A DNA stretch of 52,540 bases from Octopus bimaculoides (taxonomy: Eukaryota): NCBI RefSeq assembly GCF_001194135.2, contig NC_068998.1, forward strand, positions 27,199,532-27,252,071, given 5' to 3'. The position numbers and the translations under genes are program-made. The notes beneath the pieces are model-generated. The model did no database searches, had not been told where the DNA came from, and saw only the letters and a program-made list of their open reading frames with translations. Positions 33,431 through 45,926 of this stretch are shown one piece after another (the first letter of the stretch is position 1; every line of letters starts with the position of its first letter).

Positions 33431-34272
33431 GGAACGTACACATATAAACTGGAGTATAAAACTAGAGCATATACATATGTAACCTGTAGATACAAACAGA
33501 ACCATACTTCTCATGGAAAAATTTAGTTGTGAATGGTGTTTACAAATTCTAGATAACAATTAATCAATCGACTATAACATATAATAAAAGTAATATGTAC
33601 GTGTGTGTGTGTGTGTAATTGATTAAGGAAACTGCAATGGGTGGGAAAGGAATGTGGCCATCTGCTACTGCATTCGAACGACAATATGCATGTGTGTGTG
33701 TGTGTGTGCGTGCGTGTATGTATGTGTGTGTGTGTGATGTATCTGAAGTGTATGTTATGCGTGCGCCAGTGTGCCGTGCTGTTGAACAAACAGAAAGCAG
33801 CTCCCTCGCCATCAACAAATATATCCAGATTTGCGCAGGGATCATTCAGAAAAGCAGGTTGTGTTATTTCCGACTTATTAATACATAAAATTTACTTCTG
33901 AGCGATTATTTTTTTTTATATTTTATTTTATTCATATATTTTATTTCTTTTAGTTTTTTTTTTGCGCCTGTGCTCTTTGTAAGCGCGCGTGTGTATGCGT
34001 GTGCCTGACAATACAATTTACATTAGGGAACAGGTGCTAACAGCATATAGGTAATTGTGTTAACGTATGTCATCAGTAGACAATAAACATAGGAGTGAAG
34101 AACAGGTTTCAAGGTAGAAAACGTATTTAGACAGGCTTGTTCTTATTTCTTTATCGCTTCAATCGACATTACGTCAGTATTAGAGAAGAATCCTGATAAT
34201 TTTATATGGCAAATCCAATAACCAAACATTATAAATTTCTTCACTTGTTGGCTGACTTTTTATCATATCACA

Positions 34273-34328
<56 letters not shown>
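34273..34328. repeat. (AAT)n microsatellite
   Basis: Direct reading. Confidence 0.95.
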
Positions 34329-34330
<2 letters not shown>

Positions 34331-34761
34331 TGTCTCTTGATTTATTAAAACATTTTCAGAGTTTTGCTTTCAATAAAATCAAAGCGATGAAAGTCGTTAG
34401 AAAATGATGAAATCAATTTTCCCTTTTGTCTGCCCTCTCCGCCACACGTCACTGCTCACCGAATGTTTTTGCTATTATGTGTGTATGTGAAAGCATTGCA
34501 TGTGTGTAATATTGAATTAAATAGCTGTACTACTTAATTCAAAAACACTTTCCAAGAAATCGGTATGCGGTCAATGACTTGAGGGAAACAGCAACCAAAA
34601 CTTCCACGGCATTCTTAGATAAAGAAAGCACATATTAGAGAGATAACATAATCCTGCATAGTCCTAAAAAGACGAGATGGTCACAACTAGAATGCATTTG
34701 ACCGATCAGAGTTGATTTGGAGCTAGACAACAACTTCAATACTGTTATTGAAATACTGGTT

Positions 34762-34972
34762 TCAAACTGTGGCACAAGGCCAGCAATTTCGAGGGAGGGA
34801 CTAAGTCGATTAAATGACCTCAGTGCTCAACTAGTACTTATTTTATCGGCCTCGAAAAGGATCAAAGGCAAAGACGATCCTGGCGGCATTTGAACCCAAA
34901 ACGTAAAGACGGACGAAATGCCGCTAAGCATTTTGCCCGGCGTGCTAACGATTCTGTCAGCTTGCTGCCTTA
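34762..34972 (-). mobile_element. SINE family B
   Basis: ggcacaaggccagcaattt..gacgaaatgccgctaagcattttgcccggcgtgctaacgattctgtcagcttgctgcctt. Confidence 0.85.
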
Positions 34973-35179
34973 TGGTTATCGAAATAAAACTATTCCAATA
35001 CAGGATTGTGAAAAGAACAGCTTCATATGACCAATATTTATTTTGCAATTCCTATTGACAGCATCAATTCCCTTCTCACTTATCTTCACAATGGAAGCAT
35101 AAAATCTGTAACAACCTGTACTTATAATAAATGAACAGAGGGCTGCCTCACACTTAGCCAGGGGTAAAAGATAACTTAC

Positions 35180-35240
35180 CTCTCGGATAAGCCGCCAGCT
35201 TTATCCCAAACAATATTCCTATCTCAAGCATCTACATTTC
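35180..35240 (-). other. Candidate 61-nt exon (5' UTR or start of coding sequence)
   Basis: tttacatatttAG acceptor and GAG/GTAAGT donor. All frames from the acceptor hit a stop, but an internal ATG gives MLEIGILFGIKLAAYPR. Confidence 0.25.
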
Positions 35241-38200
35241 CTAAATATGTAAATAAATGAACTGGAACAAAACGTCCAATTCAGCCACGACGAAATTGAA
35301 GTAGCTATTTGTGAGTAGACCCTGTCTGTTCTATGAGACTTAGAACCTAAACCCCTGTAAGTACTAAAACGAGTAGTTAGGTTAATTAAAACAAAAGTAT
35401 ACAACAAATTATGGCAACCTGTGGAAGAAGCCTTAATTCAATGCTTCAACGTTGTACCTTGCCAAACTGATGAAACGATACCTTTTATCGGATTTGATTG
35501 GGGATAATTAACATGCACTGTAGAACTGTAAATGCTTTAAATTATTACTTTAAAGGCAGTCGAGATAGGAGAAAGTGTACAGCGGTGAACAAGTAAGCTT
35601 TCAGTTTATAGTTACATCCTTCGAAATCCCGCCGAGTTCGAACCCTAGCAGTCTTAGTCTTTCATCCTCATCCTTTCAGGGTCGATAAAATTCAGAACAC
35701 TGAGTTCGATACAAACAACTATACAAATATCTGAGATTGTGTTATATATATATATATATATNNNNNNNNNNNNNNNNNNNNNNNNNNNNNNNNNNNNNNN
35801 NNNNNNNNNNNNNNNNNNNNNNNNNNNNNNNNNNNNNNNNNNNNNNNNNNNNNNNNNNNNNNNNNNNNNNNNNNNNNNNNNNNNNNNNNNNNNNNNNNNN
35901 NNNNNNNNNNNNNNNNNNNNNNNNNNNNNNNNNNNNNNNNNNNNNNNNNNNNNNNNNNNNNNNNNNNNNNNNNNNNNNNNNNNNNNNNNNNNNNNNNNNN
36001 NNNNNNNNNNNNNNNNNNNNNNNNNNNNNNNNNNNNNNNNNNNNNNNNNNNNNNNNNNNNNNNNNNNNNNNNNNNNNNNNNNNNNNNNNNNNNNNNNNNN
36101 NNNNNNNNNNNNNNNNNNNNNNNNNNNNNNNNNNNNNNNNNNNNNNNNNNNNNNNNNNNNNNNNNNNNNNNNNNNNNNNNNNNNNNNNNNNNNNNNNNNN
36201 NNNNNNNNNNNNNNNNNNNNNNNNNNNNNNNNNNNNNNNNNNNNNNNNNNNNNNNNNNNNNNNNNNNNNNNNNNNNNNNNNNNNNNNNNNNNNNNNNNNN
36301 NNNNNNNNNNNNNNNNNNNNNNNNNNNNNNNNNNNNNNNNNNNNNNNNNNNNNNNNNNNNNNNNNNNNNNNNNNNNNNNNNNNNNNNNNNNNNNNNNNNN
36401 NNNNNNNNNNNNNNNNNNNNNNNNNNNNNNNNNNNNNNNNNNNNNNNNNNNNNNNNNNNNNNNNNNNNNNNNNNNNNNNNNNNNNNNNNNNNNNNNNNNN
36501 NNNNNNNNNNNNNNNNNNNNNNNNNNNNNNNNNNNNNNNNNNNNNNNNNNNATATATGGCGGTGCCCCCAGCATGGCCACAGCTCATGAGCTGAAACTAG
36601 ATAAAATGAAAAATGAAAATGATATATATATGCATACACATGAATGATCCTCATCGCAAAGGCCAAAGAACAACTTCAGACATGTACCATATTATATAAT
36701 ATTAGTGAACTAATCATATACACAGGGTATATATAGATGGGTGTATGCATGCAAACTGTATACATTATATGCTGTGTGTTATTAAAGTAATCTTTAAAAT
36801 AATACAAGAACCCCCAATGAGGTGATTCGGAATCAATATTTTTTTTTTCTTCTTTCCAGAAAAATCTAACAAATGGTTGAATGTTGCTTTTATGAACTAA
36901 TGTCAGTTAACTTTTCTCCATTCACCACCAGCTAAGTGAATTGCGACTACAATGTATGTCTTGTCATGTGTTGAAATAATACAATAAAGTTAAACATACA
37001 AACTAGTTCAAAACCGAGACAACTTCCCTATCAATTCACTGCTCAACATTATTAAACTGTAATATAAGCAACACTTATTCGTGTTTACTCGCAAGCATTT
37101 TTGTTGTCGTTTAAACCCAAATAAGCTCTGGTCGAGTACATCTACAGAGACAAAGGCATTCCAGTCCTACCTACCATGGCTTTTTGTTTATCAAAACATA
37201 TCTAGAACATTTTCCTTTCTGAAAACGGCAGCGTATGATTTGAGAGGAAATATGACCATTATTTTAACAGGGCTAGCGACAACTCCCTTAGGTTTCCTGA
37301 GATGGATGGCACCTCATTCATTTGCAGTCTTCTTCATATTCTGGCATTAATAAAGCGTTGTGGTGTTAGTTAACCAATGAAACTTAACTATAGTTAAATG
37401 GGAGTTTAAAGGAGGAGAATTAACAAACACTGTTTGCAATTTGATTCAAGCGAATCCAAAGACCCAGTCTTCGGTGAAGCAATGATAGATATATTCAGCC
37501 TTGACTGCTCGAGAGAATACAGACCATATGGATGTTTTGGTATAAAGTATTAGGGTTTGATTAAATTAAGATGTTTACAATAACCTGATGTCAGACTTGA
37601 CAACTGAATATAAATCTGATAATGCATCATTAGATTATTTACACATGTGTTTATTTACCTGAGTATCTCATAAAACACGAAGATAAACGAACACACTTGT
37701 GTGTGGATGTGTATGTATGCACATACAGATCGCATACACACTCAGACTGATGGTTACTCGCTGTTCTATAGAATATTATAAATAGCCCGTCCTAAAGATA
37801 CATGAAAATATTTACGCCAACAAAAGCGATAACAATACAGTTTATTCCAAAAGTTTAAATATAGTAATTTATATAAATATATGATTTGATTTATCATATT
37901 TCTCATCGTAATTGTTATGTGCAACACAAGCACAACTCTTATATATCAATTCAACAAATCCTAATTCTATAAGTAAATATGGAAATAAATGACGTTATCC
38001 TTGTATGAAATAAGGAAAGATTGTTCAATTAAACTAAAGAGAATATCATTTTCAAAGTTCATCCATGTACATACATTCATCGATTATGGATAGAAATTAG
38101 TGGTAAGACGGTGGCGTTGTCCCCAAAGTACAAGGCCATATGTTTAAAAGTTACTGGTAGCTTTATGAAAAGATATTTAGCCGATGCAATTCCACATCTG

Positions 38201-38407
38201 ATAAAAATGGTACAGTCTCCACTTCATTGTTTACAGACTGGAATTACAAAAGGCGTACAAAACACCTGCTTCAATTCAAATGTAAGATTTCACGGCATCA
38301 TATGATGGAATAAAAACATGATTAAATTACATAAATATATATAAACACATAGTTATGTGTATGCGATAAGTCTCACTAAATGTATGGCTATAATATACAC
38401 ACACACG

Positions 38408-38459
<52 letters not shown>

Positions 38460-39152
38460 GAGTCGTACATATGTAGGAACTTACCGGAATGTGTATATAT
38501 ATATTTTAATATTTCACTTCAGCAGAGCGAGTCATAGATATATAGAGACTTATCGGAACATATATTCACACACACACATACACACACGTGCGTGTGTGTG
38601 TGTGTGTATTACTGTATATGTGGGTCCAAAGAAATTATATCTGGTAAACAATCATCGACCCCGAGGGACTGCAGACGTCGGATATACATTTGTCTATAAT
38701 CATAAGTATGTGTATATGACTATATATCTGTGTGCGTGTATATATGTGTGTTTGTATAAATGACTACATAGACATGATGAAAATGTATGTCCGCGCCTGT
38801 GCCTGGGTGTGTATGAATGTGTGCATGTATTCTCGGCCCTAACTGATTGAATGGATCGTTACATTTTCAAATAGAAACAATCTGAGGTATTAATGTTCAA
38901 CAGAATAAAATTTTGACAAATTTTCGCAGAAATTATTTAATCAATTTCCGTTTAAGGTGCATGTGTATTTAGCTGCATAGTTATCGGTTTATATATACAA
39001 GTCACTCAACTATAATTGTATATACATATATACACGCAAACACAATTATAAACACATATACACACTGTACGTGTGTGTATGGCTCTATATACTTATGCGT
39101 GAGTATATAGTTACGTATGCATAAATATACGGCAATACTTTCTATCTGAATG

Positions 39153-39214
<62 letters not shown>

Positions 39215-39917
39215 TTACATATTTTGTAAATACAATTATATAAACAGAAATACACACATACACACACGTGTATACACGCACACCACATCATTTGTAATTG
39301 AGAGCCCGTCCCATCGTTGATTTCATATTTCCACCGTATATGAACTCTGACTGAAAATTCAGATTTACCCATGGATCAATTTTGAGTTATTTTGTCTTGT
39401 AGACTTTATTAAATTAGTCTGTATCGAACTTAAACTAAAATTACAGTGTTTGTAAAGCAAATATAATGTAGCGATGAAAACGCTCTCAGGTCCCCATGCA
39501 ACATATATACACGCTACTCGCAGAACTGTTCACAAAGCAAGGGGTTGCATTTAACCCCATCACTCAAAAATAGCTTTTTCCGGGCAGATTGTTAGTGAAT
39601 GGGGGTATTGTTTTATGACAATATTTTAATTAAAAAGTAATACACTCTGATATCGAGGCCAACAGATATGCAGAAATTAACGTGAAACCGATCTCTTTAA
39701 CACACACACATACATAAATACGTACACATACATAACACTGAAGTGGTAGCAGTAGCATGCCATTCGAGAGAAGAGCGAGAGACGGAATTTCCTCAAATTC
39801 TATCTGTAATAATACCATCAGATCGAACCTATCGCGAAGACTAAAGTACTATAAATGTTGAGAAAGGAATCAGCAAGGATTTGATACTTTAATTACGACA
39901 TTTAACAGCTAACTTAC

Positions 39918-39990
39918 CTTGAAAACATCAAAAACATACTGGATGAGGGTAAAACCATAACACCTGACGGCCATGTTCTTTACTGCTGGC
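39918..39990 (-). other. Candidate first exon ending at a perfect AAG/GTAAGT donor
   Basis: Donor at 39917-39912. aacATGgcc at 39974 opens MAVRCYGFTLIQYVFDVFK to the donor. Paired CCAAT boxes lie just upstream. Confidence 0.3.
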
Positions 39991-40003
39991 AAAGTCGGAC
40001 ATT

Positions 40004-40040
40004 TTGATTGGACGAAATCTCAAAATTTCAACCAATCAGA
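40004..40040. promoter_or_regulatory. Inverted pair of CCAAT boxes in an imperfect palindrome
   Basis: TGATTGGACGAAAT-ctcaaa-ATTTCAACCAATCA (12/14 complementary); ATTGG at 40007-40011, CCAAT at 40032-40036. Confidence 0.4.
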
Positions 40041-41084
40041 GAAACTGACATATAATGGTAGTAAAGGAAGATAAGACAACTCAAACTTGAGAAGACTCCC
40101 CTTTCCATCTCTAAAAATGGTACATAATTTTTGTATTTTGACTGTTTCCTAAAAATGTTCTTTCAAATATGTTTATGGATGGAAGAGACTTTACAAATAT
40201 AATTTCTACTTATTGATTATTGCAGAACAAATTGGAAGTAAACTGAGAAAGTACTTTCTAATCCCTTTCTTTGTGATAGTTGACTGTAAAAAAAAAAAAC
40301 TTTTGTTAAGTTTAAAAAGAAGAAGCATTACTTCCTTTGCATCAGTCTAAATGGTAAAATTAATATGAGAAGAGGAATAACTAAGTGACATTCTCAAAGA
40401 TAATGTTTACTTTGAACTCGAACTGTGGAGTAATTGAAAGAAAAACATACACAAAGTTAGTTTCAGAAAGATCAGATTCTGAGGAAGAAAATAATAGAAA
40501 GGCCAAGAGAATGGGAAAACAGTGAAACTATTAAGTTTAGATAGCAGTGATAATACAGTCAATAAGAAGATGAGAGGTCATTGCTGAAGCAGTGGCTGGA
40601 GAGAGAGGACAAATTCAAACTATTGTGTACAATTGAAAACTATTTGTGAGGGAAAGGAAAAGTTTGACAAATAGCTGGATGGATGTTTTCAAGATACAAT
40701 CCAGAGTAGGTGAATGTGTGTAGGAGAGAGACAGACAGACAGCAAAAAAAATAGGGGTGAGTAAAGGGCATGTGGGCTCAGCATGCCAGTTGTCTGAACA
40801 GTACTGCAGTGTTTCACAAACTTTATATGGGGATCAGTAGCATTTCAAACCTTAACTATTTATTGTATATTAATGATACAGATCAATGAAGTATATGAGG
40901 TATTTTGCCTTAAAAAGTCATCAGATATTGTAAAGTATTGTGCAGGATGTGTGATAGTTTCAAGTGTTTGTTATAGAGAAATAATAATGATGGAGTTATA
41001 AGTGTTAGGGTTTTTCATTCTACTGAAAGAAGCAGGTTACCAACTTTCCATTGTACTTTTGTTTTAACAGTTTCTTCTCATGAA

Positions 41085-41478
41085 AGATGTGCATGGCTAT
41101 GTGGTAAGTAGCTTGCTTTGCTTACCAACCACATGGTTCCGGGTTCAGTCCCACTGCGTGGCACCTTGGGCAAGTGTCTTCTACTATAGCCTCGGGCTGA
41201 CCAAAGCCTTGTCAGTGGATTTGGTAGACGGAAACTGAAAGAAGCCCGTCGTATATATGTACATGTTATGTGTGTTTGTGTGCCTGTGTGTGTCCCCCCA
41301 ACATTGCTTGACAACCGATGCTGGTGTGTTTACATCCCCATGACTTAGCGGTTCGGCAACAGAGACCGATAGAATAAGTACTAGGCTTACAAAGAATAAG
41401 TCCTGGGGACAATTTGCTCAACTAAAGGTGGTGCTCCAGCATGGCCACAGTCAAATGACTGAAACAAGTAAAAGAGTA
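41085..41478 (+). mobile_element. SINE family A, near consensus
   Basis: catggctatgtggtaagtagc...ggtgctccagcatggccacagtcaaatgactgaaacaagtaaaagagt. Confidence 0.9.
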
Positions 41479-41629
41479 TACCTGCCAAGAACTAGTGAGG
41501 TTGTGTTACTGAGGTCTGAGTACAAAGGAAGTAGGAGTATAGATACATTAGAGAACCTGCAACTAAAACAGTAACAAGGTCATTAATGAGGGTACAACTA
41601 CCAATGTAATTAGTTCTACCTTAGAATAA

Positions 41630-41865
41630 TTCTTTTATTCTTTTACTTGTTTCAGTCATTTGACTGCAACCATGCTGGAGCAGCGCCTTAACAGATTTTT
41701 TAGTTGAAGAAATCAACCCCAGAACTTATTCTTTGTAAGCCTAGTACTTATTCTATTGGTCTCTCATGTCGAACTGCTAAGTTATGTGGATGTAAACATA
41801 CCAAGATCAGTTGTCAAGGGAAGGTGGGGGGACAAGCACAGACAAAGTCACATTTACATAAATGT

Positions 41866-41896
<31 letters not shown>

Positions 41897-42044
41897 CGAC
41901 GAGTTTCTTTCTGTTTCCATCTACCAAATCCACTCACAAGGCTTTGGTCAGCCCAAGGCTATAGTAGAAGACACTTGGCCGAGGTGCCACACAATGGAAC
42001 TGAACCAGGAACCATACAGTTGGGAAGCAAGCTTCTTACCACAT
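41630..42044 (-). mobile_element. SINE family A, tail-to-tail with the preceding copy
   Basis: ttcttttacttgtttcagtcatttgactgc...gcaagcttcttaccac. Confidence 0.9.
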
Positions 42045-42339
42045 TGGAAACAGTTTGCTTGTGCAGGTGTTGTTAATCAAAACATCTAGATATCAGATGC
42101 TTGTACGTTTTTAGAAATCCTCAGGGGAGAATGAACATTTTTGGGGGTCCTTCTTTTCAGTGTGTTACAGTGCACTGGCACCCCATCATTGATATGAGGC
42201 TCCACCTACTGAACTGACTGACTAGTATTCAACCTAAATCCATTTTGGGATCATCACGACATTCAAATAATGGAGTCATGCAGGACTGATTTGCAATGTA
42301 GGCAAACAGGTCCCTGCCTCACACCTACACATACCTCTC

Positions 42340-42800
42340 CAACCAGGTTTCATCCCTTTTCAGCAATATCCAGTAGCTGACTCTTTCAACTGTTGACTGG
42401 ATTTCTTTCAAGATGGTGTTTGATGATGATTGATGCTGACTGATAGCAGCCACTGTCTAAGTCCAGTTCCAATAAAGCCTCTATGCCCATCTTCTACAAG
42501 TAAGTGTACTACACTCCAATGAGCATCTTTACAGTCTTCTAGTCACACCTCATAACACTTGTCTTTCCTAACCTGAGCAGCATTGATATTGTCCTCATGT
42601 GGAACAGTTTATTCAACAAGGTCGACTATCTTACATTCCTCAATCAGATTGCCATATCAGGCTTTTTCCTTGCTCATATTGGAAAGAGGTGTTCACACCC
42701 TAAAAGATCTACTGTTACCTCCCAAACACCATATCAGTTCTCAACATTCACAGCTTTCCCCTCCTGTTTTAGGTAACCATCTTGACCCTAATGAATAAAT
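42340..42800 (-). mobile_element. HERO/NeSL-group non-LTR retrotransposon, degraded RLE C-terminus
   Basis: WEVTVDL..LFPI*ARKKPDMAI, then after a frameshift KIVDLVE*TVPHEDNINAAQVRKDKCYE..DCKDAHWSVVHLLVEDGHRGFIG, resembling the HERO pattern RPD..ELTVPWEE..RK..KY..GW..VEVGCRGF. Confidence 0.7.
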
Positions 42801-44084
42801 GATAGTTAATAACTCTCATAAAAAAAAAAGAGATGACAGAAGTGGAAAAAGTTTTTAGGAACTAGAGATATAAGGTCCATGTGGCCAAGGTTGGCAAGGA
42901 TATGGAAGCAGGCACCATAAAGCCCATCCTCTTTTTCATGAGTTTAAAAGTTGTAGATCACCATTCCCCAGCAGATGTACAATATACATCTGAAAGAGTT
43001 TGGTCTCTGAAAATTTTAAAGTTAAAAATTCTTGAAAATTGTTGGAAATCTTTTCTAAGAGATCTGTTAATGTCTGTATTTTATTTCCTAAAATTACAAG
43101 GTTGCTGAATGGACACATAGAAAAAACATTGTATGATTTCCACATGGCAGATGGGAATATATCCCTTCCATTTCCATTACTGGCTACATGTGTATAACAA
43201 AGACTATAGTTATCAAAGATGTTCTCTCCTAAGCTTTGCACCACTCCATCTCAAGAATCAAATACTTATTTTTAAAAATGCAGTTTCAAAAGTATTTAAG
43301 TATGTCATAGTTTTCTATAAATTTACAATAATCTTATAATTTTCTTATCTATTTTCTCTTATTTATTTGCTGTTTTTCATAATCCTATCAATTTCACTCT
43401 AATCATCCCGTCACTACCAACCCACAAATTCAATAATCTGTTTGCTCCTTGTCTGCGCATTCTATCTAGGGTGATTGTGCAGTCTATAAATCTGTGCTGA
43501 ATGGAAGCAACCAGTTGGAATTTTGGACACAGTACTCTATCTGCTGATCTAACAAATAACCTATATAGACATGATCTGAATGACTCAGTGCAGTTACTCC
43601 ACCACCACTCTGATACATTCAGCACCCCTTCAAATAATCTAAGCTGTCAGTGCATATTTAAAAGGCTTTTACACAAGGCTTTTTCATCTATAGGTATGCA
43701 CTGTATTATTCCAACGTGCATCAAAAATAATATTCCAGTCTTACACTAGTACTAAAGATTGGGGCGTTTTCAAGATTGCTTATATACATATGAAGAAATT
43801 TAACATCCATGCCACAGTCAGAACATTGGAATTCACTAATTTAAAGGTGCTATCAATGTTACTGCTGACTGGCAACAATTGATATGTAGAACTTCAAAGG
43901 AAGTGCTTGAATCTTCTTGCCAATTAATTCTCTTCCAGAGTTGGTATCAGATTAAGCAGGCCAATCTTCTTATTTCAGATTACCATAAATTTATGGCACT
44001 CGTTGGGGATAAACTACTCTCCATAAAGGATCTCCTGTTTCTTGTTTGCCATTTGTCTAGGCTCTTCAATTTTTTAGTCCACTA

Positions 44085-44481
44085 CTCTTCTACTCTTTTA
44101 CTTGTTTCAGTCATCTGACTGTGGCCATGCTGGAGCACCTTTAGTCGAGCAAATCGACCCCAGGACTTATTCTTTGTAAGCCTAGTACTTATTCTATCGG
44201 TCTCTTTTGCCGAGCCGCTAAGTTACGGGGACGTAAACACACCAGCATCGGTTGTCAAGCGATGTTGGGGGGACAAACACAGACACGCAAACATATACAC
44301 ACACATACATATATATACATATATACGACAGGCTTCTTCCAGTTTCCGTCTACCAAATCCACTCACAAGACTTTGGTCGGCCCGAGGCTATAGTAGAAGA
44401 CACTTGCCTAAGGTGCCACGCAGTGGGACTGAACCCGGAACCATGTGGTTGGTAAGCAAGCTACTTACCACACAGCCACTC
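44085..44481 (-). mobile_element. SINE family A, youngest-looking copy
   Basis: Retains many CpGs (gtcgagcaaatcgacc, acggggacgtaaac, gcatcggttgtcaagcg). Confidence 0.92.
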
Positions 44482-44739
44482 CCACTGTTTTTTTTTTGTT
44501 TTTTTTTTGTAGTTTCCAACCCTTTTCTAATCTCCATTTCCTCATTACTGTCATGCGGTGGGGTGGTACTGCTAGTGGTTGTCTCTAGGCAGTTCTATGC
44601 TGAAGAAGAGATCCCACGGTTTTTTAGCCATTATTGGTCTCTGGTGCTAATAGCACTAAGAATGAGACAATCTTGCTTGCACCAAGGCCATTTGTGAAAC
44701 TGTAATGGGTGGGTGCTGTTGTAATAGCGACTCTGCAAT

Positions 44740-44900
44740 ACTCTCTCTATCCTTTGCTCTTCTTCCAGATAATAGGTCTTTACAACCACATGTGTAGCAG
44801 TTTGGCTTTGCACCCTGCACTACCAGTCTCTAAATGCAATGTAACTCTGAGATTGCCAGGTCCTAACGACCCTCTTCAGGATCCATTAGGACTGATTTGA
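44740..44900 (-). mobile_element. Degraded non-LTR ORF1 remnant with a decayed CCHC knuckle
   Basis: RLVVQGAKPNCYTCGCKDLLSGRR shows Cx2Cx4(H>L)x4(C>R) spacing. Confidence 0.35.
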
Positions 44901-45926
44901 ATGTCCATACAGAACCCATCCAGTTACCTATTGTTGCAAATCACCTTTTGGATCCCATGTTTATAGTGTTGCACAAAGGTAATTACAAAATACGAGTCAA
45001 TGTCTATGCTAATATATCTTGTCGTAATCCTACTATTTTTGAGTCCCCTACAGAACTGGTCCCAGGAATTTTTCAAAGGGAGGGCACAAGGTCAGCAGGG
45101 AATACAATTCCAGGAGAAAAGGGCATAATAACATTATTTAGAAGGGTGCACTTCCTTTCTTGAGGGGGCACATGCCCCTCAGACCCACCCCCACTTGGGT
45201 CCGCCCCTGCCCTATGCTATAGTTTGTAACCAGGAGCTCAATACATCTGCTCTTCTTGTCTCCTCACCTCGTCCTTGGTCTTCACCATATAACCTGCATA
45301 CATTGGCCAAAGCTTCTCCTAAGTTTTCCTTCAAGGAGCAATGGAAGTTCACTGCTATTGTTTCTCATAAAGGAAACAGAGATATGTCACATTCTTTCTC
45401 ACTCTTTCCTGGAGAAACTCATTTACCCAATATTTTGTGTCACACATTTCCCATTGTTTCTCCTTTTAATTGAGTGCCTCTTTCTAAGAGACTTCCAACA
45501 CAGTAATTGCTGTTAGTTTGGCTTCATTATGTTTTCTTTTGTTCTTTAATTTTTTATAATTTTATGTATTTATTTACTTACTGCTGCTCTTAGTGATTTT
45601 TTGCCTTTTCCCACCTTTTCCTTCCTTACAGACGGGCTACTCAGAACCTTTAGATGTTACTGTACTAGTAGAAAAAATACCTTGACATTTCAGCATCCTA
45701 CCATTTGGTTAACGATATTAGTGTTACTGAAGTTGAGACAATTCCGTTTGTTTCTGCTTCTGTTGGTCTATTCTCAGAAATGTCACTAACGAATTTGTGG
45801 AAGCTAAGACAGCAGTAGACATGATATTTATGCGAAGAGCCTATTGTTACTGCCACTTCTGCTGTTTTCTGCAACTACCCTCACGTTTTCTTTCTTCTGC
45901 ACAAAAGACCCTCAAATGGCCTTTAA

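Noticed and set aside
45051-45209. Possible small MITE ending GGGTCCGCCCCTG with CCCTA on both sides
   Set aside because: The left TIR is too degenerate and a 5-bp repeat is within chance.
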